Part shown: positions 49,669-60,018 of the stretch, one piece after another
Position numbering within the stretch: the stretch's first letter is position 1
Layout: every line of letters starts with the position of its first letter
From: Nitrospirota bacterium
Lineage (GTDB): Bacteria; Nitrospirota; UBA9217
Assembly: GCA_963845065.1 (NCBI GenBank)
Contig: CAWJQQ010000009.1
Coordinates: 960,001-1,024,000 of the forward strand
Direction: 5' to 3'
Length of the DNA: 64,000 bases
Program-made: the position numbers and the translations under genes
Notes under the pieces: generated by a model
What the model saw: the letters and a program-made list of their open reading frames with translations, nothing else
What the model was told of the DNA's origin: nothing
Database searches by the model: none

Positions 49669-51066
49669 ATGCACATCAAAACTGACCTGATAAGGAGACT
49701 TTTATGTATCGCAATTGTTGGAGGAGGTAGCGTTCTATTCTCATCGCTATCGCATGCGGGGACCTACTATGTTTCCCCCACTGGAAATGCGGCATGGTCC
49801 GCATGTACGAATATCAATAGCTCCTGCTCCTGGCAGACAGCTATGGCAAACGCCGTAGCGGGAGACATGGTTTACTTTCGCAGCGGCACCTATGACCCCG
49901 GGACAAGCTGTCCATCAGAATGGGATTTGGTAGGAATCACGCCGCAAAACTCAGGCACGGCGACAAATCCAATAACGTTTAAAGCGTATCCCGGCGAGAA
50001 TCCCGTCATCCTCAGCTGTGCTGATTCCATGCCTGCTTTCGGGGCAGTGAATGTGTCCTATATAGTTTGGGATGGATTTTCAGGCACGACGATCGATAAT
50101 CCTCCGACGACTGCTAATCCTGATGGAGGGGAGGTCTGGCTATTTTTATATTGGAACTCTCCAGGAAGCGTGGTCAAGAATTGTAAATTTACGGGGAACG
50201 CACGTACCGTCTATAAAAACGCTGCGCCTTTGAGAATTGAGCAATCCTCCAATAATGAAGTTACGAATAATTTTATCCAGGGGATGACCGGCAATTCGAA
50301 CGCCGTTAATACTGCAGCTATTTGGCTTTTTGATACAAAAGGAGCGCTGGTTCATAACAATACCATCTTTAACTGTATGAACGGAATCATGCAAAAAACA
50401 GGGCCAAATGTTAACAACGCAATATACAAAAACTTTATTTATTCAATTACAATTAGTGGGATCTCGCTTAACGAAGAAGCAGTTGGAGGGAGTGGTGATA
50501 TAATATACCAGAATGTGCTGGTCAATAATGCTTACATCGCCATAGATGTTTACCCTCAATCAGGGACCGGCGAATACCAAACTAATTATCAGATTTATAA
50601 TAACACGGTCTACGGAAGCGGGACCGGGATTGAAATTGGACCAAATGCACGGACAAATCAAATCTGGAACAATATCATTCAACTAGTATCAGCTTCTAAT
50701 CCCATCATGCGCTACTATACGGGCGCCTCCATGCCCTCCTACAGCGACTATAACGATTTCTTCAGTTCGCGTGGTGTATGGAATCTTAATTATGCAACGG
50801 ATTATTCTTCACTGGCAGCGTGGACAGCGGCTACAGGCTTCGACGCCGATTCTGTCACAACGGATCCGCAGTTCCTCATGGCCGGTGGAACGAACGCGGC
50901 AAATTACAAGCGAAAAACCTACCCGACAAACGGCAAAGGAGGAACAGTCATGGGGGCTTACATAACGGGAAATGAATCAATCGGCCGTATCCCCCCCCCC
51001 AATGAATTTACGGTGATCAATTGGCGTGGGACTGCAGGAGGTTGGGAGGTAGGGATGGAAGAGTGA
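49669..51066 (+). CDS. Secreted right-handed beta-helix (pectate lyase-like) protein
   Basis: Signal peptide; YYVSPTG, AVAGDMVYFRSGTY, PITFKAYPGE; Asn-ladder repeats (IYNNTVY, IWNNI). Confidence 0.8.
   Translation: MHIKTDLIRRLLCIAIVGGGSVLFSSLSHAGTYYVSPTGNAAWSACTNINSSCSWQTAMANAVAGDMVYFRSGTYDPGTSCPSEWDLVGITPQNSGTATNPITFKAYPGENPVILSCADSMPAFGAVNVSYIVWDGFSGTTIDNPPTTANPDGGEVWLFLYWNSPGSVVKNCKFTGNARTVYKNAAPLRIEQSSNNEVTNNFIQGMTGNSNAVNTAAIWLFDTKGALVHNNTIFNCMNGIMQKTGPNVNNAIYKNFIYSITISGISLNEEAVGGSGDIIYQNVLVNNAYIAIDVYPQSGTGEYQTNYQIYNNTVYGSGTGIEIGPNARTNQIWNNIIQLVSASNPIMRYYTGASMPSYSDYNDFFSSRGVWNLNYATDYSSLAAWTAATGFDADSVTTDPQFLMAGGTNAANYKRKTYPTNGKGGTVMGAYITGNESIGRIPPPNEFTVINWRGTAGGWEVGMEE
50991..51000 (+). 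repeat. Poly-C10 tract near the 3' end of the beta-helix gene
   Basis: Ten consecutive C at 50991-51000. Confidence 0.9.
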
Positions 51067-51068
51067 TC

Positions 51069-52043
51069 ATGAAAAAAAATACCATACTTTTATTTGTTAC
51101 AGTAGCTCTTCTGCTTTCCTCCAGAACCGGTTCAGCGGCAGTGCTGTTTCAAGAGATGTTTAATGATGCTCATTTCTCTCAACGGGGTTGGTATGATAAT
51201 ACAACGTTAAAGCTGTCGTCAAAAGAACACATTCCGGGGAGTACTAACTCAGTTGAGTTCCATTTTTTAAAGGGAGCTCGCACTCCTGAAATATCAGGAG
51301 ACGCAATACGAAAGAAATTTACGGAAACCGATGCACTTTTCATCAGTTACTATGTTAAGCATAGTTCCAACTGGATTGGCTCTGGTTTGCCCTACCATCC
51401 TCACGAGTTCTATCTTCTCACGAACATGGATGGTGGCGCTTGCGGAAATTATTGTGGCCTGTCTGTTGATCATCTGACAGTTTATATAGAAGAAAACGGC
51501 GCCAAACCGGTGATTGCGATACAAGACGTTCTAAATATCGATCAATCGAAGATAGGACAAGATTTAGCGAATGTTACAGAACAGCGCGCGGTAGCAGGTT
51601 GTAACGGCTACAGTCAGGCAGATGGCTCCGATCCCGAAGATTGTTATCGTGCGTCAGACGGCTACCGTAACGACAAGACATGGAGGACATCCAGCATGTA
51701 TTTTCAAGACGTCGCGGGGCAATACTATAAGGGTGATTGGCATCATGTAGAAGCATATGTCAAACTTAACAGCATTGTGAATGGAAAGGGCGTCGCAGAC
51801 GGATTGCTCCAGTACTGGCTAGACGGTATTTTGCTCATGAACCATAATAACGTGCTATTCCGCACAGGGCAGTTTCCAACCATGAAATTCAACCAGTTTG
51901 TCATTGCGCCGTACATCGGAGATGGCTCGCCTGTAGATCAGGCCCTGTGGATAGGTGACCTTGCCGTAGCGACGTCTCGGTCGACCGGCACTATGTCAAG
52001 CAATACCATACCGTCTCAGCCTAAAAATAGGCGCGTTCAATAG
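51069..52043 (+). CDS. Secreted concanavalin/polysaccharide-lyase-like protein
   Basis: Signal peptide MKKNTILLF; WHHVEAYVKLNS...ADGLLQYWLDG resembles jelly-roll lyase-like folds. ORF track start is 51021. Confidence 0.55.
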   Translation: MKKNTILLFVTVALLLSSRTGSAAVLFQEMFNDAHFSQRGWYDNTTLKLSSKEHIPGSTNSVEFHFLKGARTPEISGDAIRKKFTETDALFISYYVKHSSNWIGSGLPYHPHEFYLLTNMDGGACGNYCGLSVDHLTVYIEENGAKPVIAIQDVLNIDQSKIGQDLANVTEQRAVAGCNGYSQADGSDPEDCYRASDGYRNDKTWRTSSMYFQDVAGQYYKGDWHHVEAYVKLNSIVNGKGVADGLLQYWLDGILLMNHNNVLFRTGQFPTMKFNQFVIAPYIGDGSPVDQALWIGDLAVATSRSTGTMSSNTIPSQPKNRRVQ

Positions 52044-52253
52044 TGGGCAGGCAACCTGCAACGGACTCATATTTTCGAGATACCCACCGAAACGAAAAGC
52101 CAAATAAGAGAGTATAGACCGTATTGCTAATCAAATTTAAAGGTGTGCCCCGGTTTTTCAGGGGGGCCCCAGTTTCAACTTGCTTTAGAGAATCTGTCGC
52201 CGTACGATAGAATTTTACGCGGAACAGGTCAAATAGTGAAGAGAAATTCCGTA

Positions 52254-53420
52254 ATGCCAAAAGTCGCTCATTTCATCGATAGTCATGACCCAGGCGGGGC
52301 AGAAACCCTTGTCGTCGAGATCTGCAGAAAGATCGAGGACCGCGGTTATAAGCCTGAAGTGTATCATTTCGGCAATCCATGGCTGGAGGGACAATGCCGG
52401 AAACACGGCATTCCGACGTCAATGGCCCCGGGGCATAGATGGTATAAGTCCGCAGGTACGCTTCCCTTGTTTATCCCAGTCTTTGCGAGATTCCTGAAGG
52501 AGCGGCGAGTCGATATTTTACATTCCCATCTATTCGGGCCCGTGACCGGAGCCTGCTTTGCTGCATATTTAGCGGGAATACCTCATATCGGAACGTTGCA
52601 CGATATTTATACAATCGAAGAGAAGAAGAGGCGGATCTGGTACATTCAACTCTCGTCATTATTGGGCACACGACTCGTCACAGTTTCACACCAAATGAAA
52701 ACGTATTTGACCAATTTGGGAAGATTCAATGACAGAGCCTTTCAGACCATAGTAAACGGTCTGGACCTCGACAAATTCAATCTATCATGCAGCAGAGAGC
52801 AGCACCCGGAACTTGGACTTGACCCCGAAGATATCGTGCTGATCTGCGTAGGAAGGCTTGAAAAAATCAAGGGACACGACATCCTTCTTAAGGCGTTCGG
52901 GCTATTGAAGCCGAGGAAGCACGTAAAGATGCTTATTGTCGGGGATGGGCCCTGCCGTCAGGAGATAGATCAGCAAATTATCGAGAACGGATTACTACAG
53001 AACGTCAGAATGCTCGGGCAGCGAAATGACATTCCCGAGCTTTTGAATCTAAGCGACTGTTTTGTGTTATCCTCCAGGTCGGAGGGCCTTTCTTGCAGCA
53101 TCATTGAAGCAATGGCAGCAGGACTTCCGGTGATTGCCACCGACGTAGGCGGGAACAGCGAACTCGTCGTGAACGGAGAAAATGGTTATCTTGTTCCGCC
53201 TGATCATGCCAGAATCTTATCCCTAAGACTGCAATCAGTCATAGACGATACAATACGAAGAATAAAATTCGGGGAAAAGTCGCTGCAGTTTGCCCGAATA
53301 CGGTATTCGCTTGATACGATGATTGGTAAGTACGCAGACAATTATGATTCTATGATGGAAAAGAGAAGCTATCCCCGACGCAGTGTGAAACAAAGATTAG
53401 GGAAAAATCAACTTTCCTAA
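52254..53420 (+). CDS. Glycosyltransferase family 4
   Basis: GGAE, GRL...KG, EGLSCSIIEAMAAG. ORF track start is 52143. Confidence 0.9.
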   Translation: MPKVAHFIDSHDPGGAETLVVEICRKIEDRGYKPEVYHFGNPWLEGQCRKHGIPTSMAPGHRWYKSAGTLPLFIPVFARFLKERRVDILHSHLFGPVTGACFAAYLAGIPHIGTLHDIYTIEEKKRRIWYIQLSSLLGTRLVTVSHQMKTYLTNLGRFNDRAFQTIVNGLDLDKFNLSCSREQHPELGLDPEDIVLICVGRLEKIKGHDILLKAFGLLKPRKHVKMLIVGDGPCRQEIDQQIIENGLLQNVRMLGQRNDIPELLNLSDCFVLSSRSEGLSCSIIEAMAAGLPVIATDVGGNSELVVNGENGYLVPPDHARILSLRLQSVIDDTIRRIKFGEKSLQFARIRYSLDTMIGKYADNYDSMMEKRSYPRRSVKQRLGKNQLS

Positions 53421-53426
53421 GATTAA

Positions 53427-53476
53427 TTGACGTACCTCTCCCGCTAAAGCATGTGGGATTTTTAGCGTGGGGTTCC
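53427..53476 (-). mobile_element. Solitary IS200/IS605-type right-end hairpin remnant
   Basis: Minus strand ATCCCACATGCTTTAGCGGGAGAGGTACGTCAA; an 18-nt core is repeated inverted at 63910-63927. Confidence 0.5.
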
Positions 53477-53930
53477 TAATTAAAAATCGATATGGCTGAA
53501 AGATTTTATAAGGAATTGTGGTATGACAACAATTGGAAAACCTTCCAGTGCTATGCGCTTGGATTGGTAGCGCGATGTATTACTTTACATATCGGATCGA
53601 ATGGTTATTACTGCGAAGAGAAGCATAGAGCTAGTTTCCTCTTTCGGGGGAAAAAGTTACCGGGTCAATGCACAGAAATTTTTTGTGATTTCCTATCTGG
53701 GGGCCGAAAGATATATGATGGAGGTCGGTATAATATAAAGACCAAATTGGCAGATATGGTTAATATAATTCAAATTTGAAATTCTGGTTGAACAGCCTTG
53801 TGCCAGAAATCCAGCTGCGGTCAAACGTAAGAACAATACGATTCAGCATATAGTCACGTTCCAGGAGGCGTTGGAGAAAAAAGTAGTAAAATGGCAACCG
53901 TAAACAGTCTTTCCGAAAAGACAAAATAAG

Positions 53931-54932
53931 ATGAAATCAACGAAAGAATTAATAAAGACTATCGCCGGCTTTTCTTTTCAGAAACTGTCGATGGTTCTGC
54001 CAGACAGAAAAGATCTTAGACTTATTTTTATGTATCATCGGGTAGTGGAAAAGCTTCCGGCTGGGCTCCATGACCCGGCTATGTTTGTTACGGCGAATAC
54101 ACTTGAGATGCACATTCGGGAAATATCACGACATTTCAAGATTGTGCCGATTGACGATGTTATTACAGAGACCGAAGTGGGAAAAAGGTTATGTACATTT
54201 ACGTTTGATGATGGCTGGCATGATAACTATGACACCGCTTTTGCGATTCTAAAAAAATATCACGTACCCGCCACAATTTTTATCCCAGTCAATCTGGTGT
54301 CAAAGCCGCAGGTCTTTTGGTTTAATAATCTGTGGGAATTGGCTTCTCAAGTCGTTTCCCGCGAGCATCGCGAACTATTTATAGAATATTTCAAAAGTTA
54401 TGCTCATTCCTGGCATCCAACGGACATTAGTCTTGAGCAGATTGGTGATTTGGCGAAAGAGCTGAAAAAGCTGCCAGCAAATAAGTTAGACACGATCGTA
54501 CAAAAGGGATATGATCGGCTGGGAATCAAGGTGCACTCATCGGACGCTATCATGAATTGGGAACAAATCCGTGAGATGGGTCGGTTTGGAATTACATTTG
54601 GCTCCCATGGGTTGCATCATAATATTCTCACCCAGCTTGCTTACGATGCTAAATGCGAAGAAGTTGCCAAATCCCTAGATGTGCTGCACCACGCCGACGT
54701 TGCTGTGGCCCCTTTCTTCAGTTATCCAAACGGGGATTGGGACGTTGAGGCGGTATCCATTGTTAAACAGGCTGGTTATAAGGGCGCGGTAACAACAGAG
54801 CTTGGGTTCAATGTAACGTCAACGGACCCATACTTGCTCAAACGAGTCGCTATCCATGAAGATATTAGCCACAACTCGTCGCTATTGTGGTTCAGGATAT
54901 TTCAGGCACTTGTGGCACGGCAATCCGTGTAG
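53931..54932 (+). CDS. Polysaccharide deacetylase (NodB-like)
   Basis: MYHRV, TFDDGW, GSHGLHH, FSYPNG. Confidence 0.88.
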   Translation: MKSTKELIKTIAGFSFQKLSMVLPDRKDLRLIFMYHRVVEKLPAGLHDPAMFVTANTLEMHIREISRHFKIVPIDDVITETEVGKRLCTFTFDDGWHDNYDTAFAILKKYHVPATIFIPVNLVSKPQVFWFNNLWELASQVVSREHRELFIEYFKSYAHSWHPTDISLEQIGDLAKELKKLPANKLDTIVQKGYDRLGIKVHSSDAIMNWEQIREMGRFGITFGSHGLHHNILTQLAYDAKCEEVAKSLDVLHHADVAVAPFFSYPNGDWDVEAVSIVKQAGYKGAVTTELGFNVTSTDPYLLKRVAIHEDISHNSSLLWFRIFQALVARQSV

Positions 54933-54953
54933 GGTTGAAATTCCTTACCCAAT

Positions 54954-56096
54954 ATGAAGATATTACATATTATTGACAGCTCCGGACTCTACGGCGCGGA
55001 GATAATGCTGCTGAATCTGATGGAGGAACAGCGGCGAATGAATCTTACTCCAATGCTTATTAGCTTATGTGATTTGGACTGTCAAAGAGATGAGATGGTC
55101 GAAGAAGCAAAAAAGAGGGACTTAACAGCCATCCAATTCAAGATGAAAAGGGGATACAGTCTGAGTAGCGCGATAAAGCTGGTGCGTCAGGCCCAGGAAG
55201 CGCATGTTGCCATTATCCATAGCCATGGCTACAAAGGAGATATTTTAATCGGATCCCTGCCTCGGTACGTAAGAGGAATTCCCATGGTTCGCACTCAACA
55301 TGGCAGGACATCAACAAAGAAACTATCCAAAATATGGTTCTATGAGATCTTAGACTCGCTCATCATGAGGAGGATGGATGCAGTTGTTCGCGTGAACAAG
55401 GCGGATGAGGGTCATCAAAACAACAAGTATCTTACAGGCGCCCATTCCTGTATTATTGAAAACGGCATTCCCCAGTTAAAGTTTGAACCTGAATCAGTCT
55501 TGCGAGCCGATCCTGAAGTGAGTAAATTCTGCAAGGACGGTTTTGTTATCGGGACGATTGCGAGATTATCGGAGGAGAAGGGGTTAATTCACCTCATTGC
55601 CGCACTACTTATCATTTCTCGGCAAAATGCCGCGATGAAGCTTGTTGTTATCGGAGAGGGCACTCTGAGGAAGTCCCTGGAGACAATGGTTAGCGATGCT
55701 GGTCTCTCAGACAAGGTACTATTTGCCGGTTACCGAGATTATGCCTACAACTACCTCCCGTATTTTCATGTTTTTGTTCTCCCATCCCTTACGGAAGGGT
55801 TGCCCATCACGATTTTGGAGGCCATGCAAGCAAAAATACCGATTATAGCATCGCGGGTTGGTGGAATACCTACCGTCTTGGAAGATGGGGAAACGGGAAT
55901 TCTTATAGAGCCGGGAAATCCGAATGCATTGGCAGATGCTATCATGCGGGTATGGTCAGATCCACAGGGTTCGCTGGCGATGGGGCAACGGGCTCGGGAA
56001 ACCGCCTTAACAAAATATTCCAGCAGGCGGATGGCAGAGGATTATCTCCGTGTTTACAATATGATTTTACAGAAGGAGGGGGATACGGATGATTAG
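54954..56096 (+). CDS. Glycosyltransferase family 4
   Basis: YGAE, ARLSEEKG, EGLPITILEAM. Confidence 0.9.
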   Translation: MKILHIIDSSGLYGAEIMLLNLMEEQRRMNLTPMLISLCDLDCQRDEMVEEAKKRDLTAIQFKMKRGYSLSSAIKLVRQAQEAHVAIIHSHGYKGDILIGSLPRYVRGIPMVRTQHGRTSTKKLSKIWFYEILDSLIMRRMDAVVRVNKADEGHQNNKYLTGAHSCIIENGIPQLKFEPESVLRADPEVSKFCKDGFVIGTIARLSEEKGLIHLIAALLIISRQNAAMKLVVIGEGTLRKSLETMVSDAGLSDKVLFAGYRDYAYNYLPYFHVFVLPSLTEGLPITILEAMQAKIPIIASRVGGIPTVLEDGETGILIEPGNPNALADAIMRVWSDPQGSLAMGQRARETALTKYSSRRMAEDYLRVYNMILQKEGDTDD

Positions 56097-57234
56097 GATT
56101 GTCTTTTTTGGTTGCTTTTTCATGGTGTTATATCCTTACCTTGTGTATCCTGTTTTTTTGAAAATATTGTCCTTGTTCCGTCGCCGGAACGTCCTGAATA
56201 AAGATGTCACGCCTCGAGTGACAGTGATCATTTCAGCATTTAATGAAGAGGATGTTATTGCAAAAAAAATTGAGAACACATTGGCTCTCGATTATCCGAT
56301 AGAGAATGTCCAAATAATCGTCGTGTCCGACAAATCCACGGATAGAACGGACGAAATAGTAAAGCGCTATGAAAGCGAGGGAGTGATTTTGCTGTCCCAG
56401 CCTGTCAGAAAAGGGAAAACCGCTGGTCTGAACGTTGCGGTTAAAAAAGCATGGGGGAAAATTCTTGTGTTTTCCGACGCAGATTCAATGTATGAGACAA
56501 ATGCTTTAAAAATCATCGCAGGCTCGTTGGCGGGCAACAGGCACATTGGATTGGTGACCGGCAGTACTAATTATGTCTCAGAAGGGTATGGTAAAATGGT
56601 CGTGACGACCAGCATCTACGCTCGATTGGAACGATTTATAAAAAAACATGAAAGTATGGTGGGTTCCTGCGTAGGCGCCGATGGGGCCATCTTTGGCATG
56701 CGCAAATCCTTATACGAACCTCTTCAGGATGACGACATCAATGATTTGGTTCTTCCTTTAAAGGTTGTCAAACGGGGTCACAGGGTAGTTTTGCTCGAAC
56801 AACTGACGTGCACAGAAGCTCCTGCCGTTGATGAGAGCGGTGAATTTGGACGGCAAGCACGGATAACCAATCGAACTTTAGTGGCGCTTTTCAGGTATGC
56901 CGATCTGATGAATTTTATCAAGTATCCGCTCTTTAGCTTTGAAGTCATTTCTCACAAGTTGTTAAAGCTGAGTGCACCGTTTTTTATCCTTGCGTTGTTA
57001 CCCTTGAACATCTTCTTGCTTGCCCGGGGGGGTGTCTATTACGCCACACTTTTCGCTCAGATCGCTTGCTATGGATTATGCCTTATCCGGTTATGGCGGG
57101 ATCGAGATGGAAAGAAGCATGCAATTTTCGGTTTTCTGTACCATTTCATCATGGTCAACGTGTCAATACTGGTGGGATGGACTAAATTCCTGTTCGGTCA
57201 AAAAAGCGTCATATGGAATCCTCAGAGACAGTGA
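56089..57234 (+). CDS. Glycosyltransferase family 2
   Basis: SAFNEE, DKSTD, GKTAGLN, FSDAD, RQARI. Confidence 0.9.
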   Translation: MIRIVFFGCFFMVLYPYLVYPVFLKILSLFRRRNVLNKDVTPRVTVIISAFNEEDVIAKKIENTLALDYPIENVQIIVVSDKSTDRTDEIVKRYESEGVILLSQPVRKGKTAGLNVAVKKAWGKILVFSDADSMYETNALKIIAGSLAGNRHIGLVTGSTNYVSEGYGKMVVTTSIYARLERFIKKHESMVGSCVGADGAIFGMRKSLYEPLQDDDINDLVLPLKVVKRGHRVVLLEQLTCTEAPAVDESGEFGRQARITNRTLVALFRYADLMNFIKYPLFSFEVISHKLLKLSAPFFILALLPLNIFLLARGGVYYATLFAQIACYGLCLIRLWRDRDGKKHAIFGFLYHFIMVNVSILVGWTKFLFGQKSVIWNPQRQ

Positions 57235-57288
57235 TTTACTCAATAAACGTTCAGCGGGTAATGATACCGTAATCCGCAAAGCACTGAA

Positions 57289-58923
57289 CCTGTAAACGGC
57301 AGTTAGATATTGCAAATCTAAGATAACTATTGGATACTGTGATACTTCTTATAACAAGGAGGTCTCACCCAATGGGTGACTCGATTTCATCTACGTCTGC
57401 AGATAAAACAGATCGAATTACTGTCGATACCTTTGCAGGAAAAGTACATGTCGAATGGGATCCGACAGCAGCGGTCACGCCATTGGGCCAGCTGGCCTTC
57501 TTTATCGATTTTTTGAAAACAGGCGGTATCTATGAGCCATGGGTAACAGACTGTCCGCTGCACTACACGAGCCCTAACGCGCCCGAGAAACGCGATCTTC
57601 TCGGTACCGTCCTGCTGTCCGTTCTCGCCGGCCACCATCGCTATTCACACATAACGAACGTTCGGAGCGATAACGTCAATCCGGCACTGCTCGGTATGAC
57701 CAAGATAGTGAGCGAAGACACCGTACGGCGGGGATTTAAACAGATGGATGAGCATGCCGGTGTCTCATGGCTTACCGAGCACATGAGGCGATGTTATGAA
57801 TCCCTGTTGTGCATGCCATGGATTATGGATGGTGATACGACGGTCAAGCCGTTGTATGGAAAACAAGAGGGAGCGGTGCTTGGTTACAATCCGCATAAAC
57901 CCGGCAGGCCTTCCCACACCTATCACAGTTACCTGATGGCCAATACACGACTTGTTCTGGATGTAGAGGTGCAGGCCGGGAACAAAACAGCAACGTGTTA
58001 CAGCACTCCGGGGTTATGGAAGCTCCTGGAACGAGTCCCACGCCGTTTTTGGCCCGTCTTTTTCCGGGGGGATTCAGGCTGGGGTACGGACGGCTTCATG
58101 AGTCAGGCGGAAGAAAAAGGCTTGCCCTATCTCGTGAAGCTGCGCCTCACTAAGAATGTACGGAAGCTTATTGAGAAGGCATTTAATAGCAACGACTGGA
58201 CCGATGCCGGTCAGGGATGGGAAGGTGTGGAAGAAACCCTACAACTGTTGGGATGGCTGAAACCCCGTCGCGTTATTATTCTTCGTCGGGCGCTCACGGG
58301 AGACGTAGCAATAAGCCTGAAGCAGAAGGATCAGATAGAACTTGGCATTGTTGAAACGGCCGAAGCAGCCAAGCGATATGAGTATGCGGTACTGGCCACC
58401 ACCCTCGAAGACGAGATCCTCACCATTGCCCAACACTACCGCGATCGTGCGGATGCCGAGAATGTTTTTGATGAGTTGAAGAATCAGTGGGGCTGGGGCG
58501 GATATACGACCCAGGACCTTAAGCGCTGCAGCTTTATGGCGAGGATCGTAGCATTAGTCTACAACTGGTGGTCGCTCTTCGTGCGACTTGCTCATCCGGA
58601 CAAGCACTTGGAGGCAATTACGAGCCGTCCGCTCCTTCTGCATGCGGTTGGCAAACAGACACGCCACCAGGGACAGATTATGGTAACCATCACGAGCACG
58701 CACGCAAAATCTGAGAAAGTTCAGCGCATTCTCGACGAGATATCAAGTTTTTTGGCCATTCTGAAAACAACTGCGGAGCAGTTGACCCCAAGTGAGCGAT
58801 GGCGACGCATCTTAAGCCGTGCATTCTTTAAATTACTGGGCGGGAAACCGTTGCATGATCCTGAACTGCTACCGCTATGGTGTGGATAAGTGGCTCTGAC
58901 TGAGGGCAACTGCTCTTTTTAGG
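57289..58923 (+). mobile_element. IS1380-family insertion sequence (1635 bp)
   Basis: Imperfect TIRs CCTGTAAACGGCAGTTA / CAACTGCTCTTTTTAGG (12/17 match); flanking 5-bp direct repeat CTGAA at 57284-57288 and 58924-58928. Confidence 0.85.
57372..58889 (+). CDS. DDE transposase, IS1380-like
   Basis: AGGAGG RBS; DGDTTVK, GYNPHKPGRPS, RGDSGWG, YRDRADAENVFDELKNQWG. Confidence 0.88.
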   Translation: MGDSISSTSADKTDRITVDTFAGKVHVEWDPTAAVTPLGQLAFFIDFLKTGGIYEPWVTDCPLHYTSPNAPEKRDLLGTVLLSVLAGHHRYSHITNVRSDNVNPALLGMTKIVSEDTVRRGFKQMDEHAGVSWLTEHMRRCYESLLCMPWIMDGDTTVKPLYGKQEGAVLGYNPHKPGRPSHTYHSYLMANTRLVLDVEVQAGNKTATCYSTPGLWKLLERVPRRFWPVFFRGDSGWGTDGFMSQAEEKGLPYLVKLRLTKNVRKLIEKAFNSNDWTDAGQGWEGVEETLQLLGWLKPRRVIILRRALTGDVAISLKQKDQIELGIVETAEAAKRYEYAVLATTLEDEILTIAQHYRDRADAENVFDELKNQWGWGGYTTQDLKRCSFMARIVALVYNWWSLFVRLAHPDKHLEAITSRPLLLHAVGKQTRHQGQIMVTITSTHAKSEKVQRILDEISSFLAILKTTAEQLTPSERWRRILSRAFFKLLGGKPLHDPELLPLWCG

Positions 58924-59055
58924 CTGAAACGTACCAAAAAAATAACACATCTATACTTTTTTTCGATGGGATTCGTTCATGGGAATTATACAATTCAAAG
59001 ATACAGTCTGCAAAATGAGTTTTTTAACAACCCATGAGAAGGATGATATTCTGCG

Positions 59056-60018
59056 ATGAGGACCTTGATTATTCTTTCTGCCTTTGTAATTATTGTTTCA
59101 GCATGTTCCGGCGGAGGTGGTAGCGGTACCAGCAGCAGTTCAAGTAGCGGCACCAGCAGCAGTTCAAGCAGCGGTACCAGCAGCAGTTCAAGCAGCGGCA
59201 CCAGCAGCAGTTCAAGTAGCGGCACCAGCAGTAGTTCAAGCAGCAGTGGGGGGATTACCTCAGACTACAGTGTGGGTGGTGTTCTATCGGGTCTTTCATC
59301 GACGGTAGTCCTTCAAGACAATGGTACGGATGACCTCTCTGTTGGAACGAATGGTACGTTCACATTTCCTACCTTCCTTGCAGCGGGGGCAACATATACG
59401 ATAACGGTTGAGACACCGCCCTCCGGTCAAATGTGCTTCGTCGGGAACGGCACAGGCATGATTTCAATGGTAAATGTTGCCAACGTGACAGTAACCTGCG
59501 AGGCCTTAAATACCACGAGCTACAGTGTGAACGGCGTTCTATCGGGGCTTTCATCGACAGTTGTCCTTCAAGACAATGGTACGGCTGACATATCAGTAGA
59601 CACAAATGGTCCATTCACATTTCCTACTGTCCTTGCAACGGGGGCAGCATATGAGGTAACGGTCAAGACACAACCTCCTGGGCAAAGCTGCGTCGTCGGA
59701 AATGGCACGGGCATGATTTCAGTGGTTAATATTAACAACGTGACAGTAACCTGTCAGGCGGCCTTAGCGTGGGATGCGCCAATTTCAGATATCGATGGTT
59801 CGATCGTGACCAGCGTGGCGGGTTATAATCTCTACTATGGTACGAATCCCGGCGTTTATACCGGATCGATCGATGTTGGCAACACTACGCAATACGCAAT
59901 TGCGGATTTTTTAGCAGCAGTCCCTCAAGGTGCTACATACTATATTTGTGTAACCGCGTATGATGCTGTCATGATGACGGAAAGCGCTTGCTCGAACGAA
60001 ATAACCCTAAGCAACTGA
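59056..60018 (+). CDS. Lipoprotein: Ser-rich linker, two tandem beta domains and a C-terminal FN3-like domain
   Basis: Lipobox VSAC; duplicated YSVxGVLSGLSSTVVLQDNG...VTVTC; LAWDAP...GYNLYYG...YYICVTAYD...SNE. Confidence 0.8.
   Translation: MRTLIILSAFVIIVSACSGGGGSGTSSSSSSGTSSSSSSGTSSSSSSGTSSSSSSGTSSSSSSSGGITSDYSVGGVLSGLSSTVVLQDNGTDDLSVGTNGTFTFPTFLAAGATYTITVETPPSGQMCFVGNGTGMISMVNVANVTVTCEALNTTSYSVNGVLSGLSSTVVLQDNGTADISVDTNGPFTFPTVLATGAAYEVTVKTQPPGQSCVVGNGTGMISVVNINNVTVTCQAALAWDAPISDIDGSIVTSVAGYNLYYGTNPGVYTGSIDVGNTTQYAIADFLAAVPQGATYYICVTAYDAVMMTESACSNEITLSN
59122..59241 (+). repeat. 5 x 24-bp tandem repeat encoding SGTSSSSS
   Basis: Five AGCGG(T/C)ACCAGCAG(C/T)AGTTCAAG(T/C) units. Confidence 0.92.

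Noticed and set aside
53492..53779. 95-aa ORF
   Set aside because: No recognisable motif or RBS; lies next to an IS-end remnant.
59122..59241. CRISPR-like array
   Set aside because: Contiguous in-frame 24-bp units without spacers and no cas genes; this is a Ser-rich linker.
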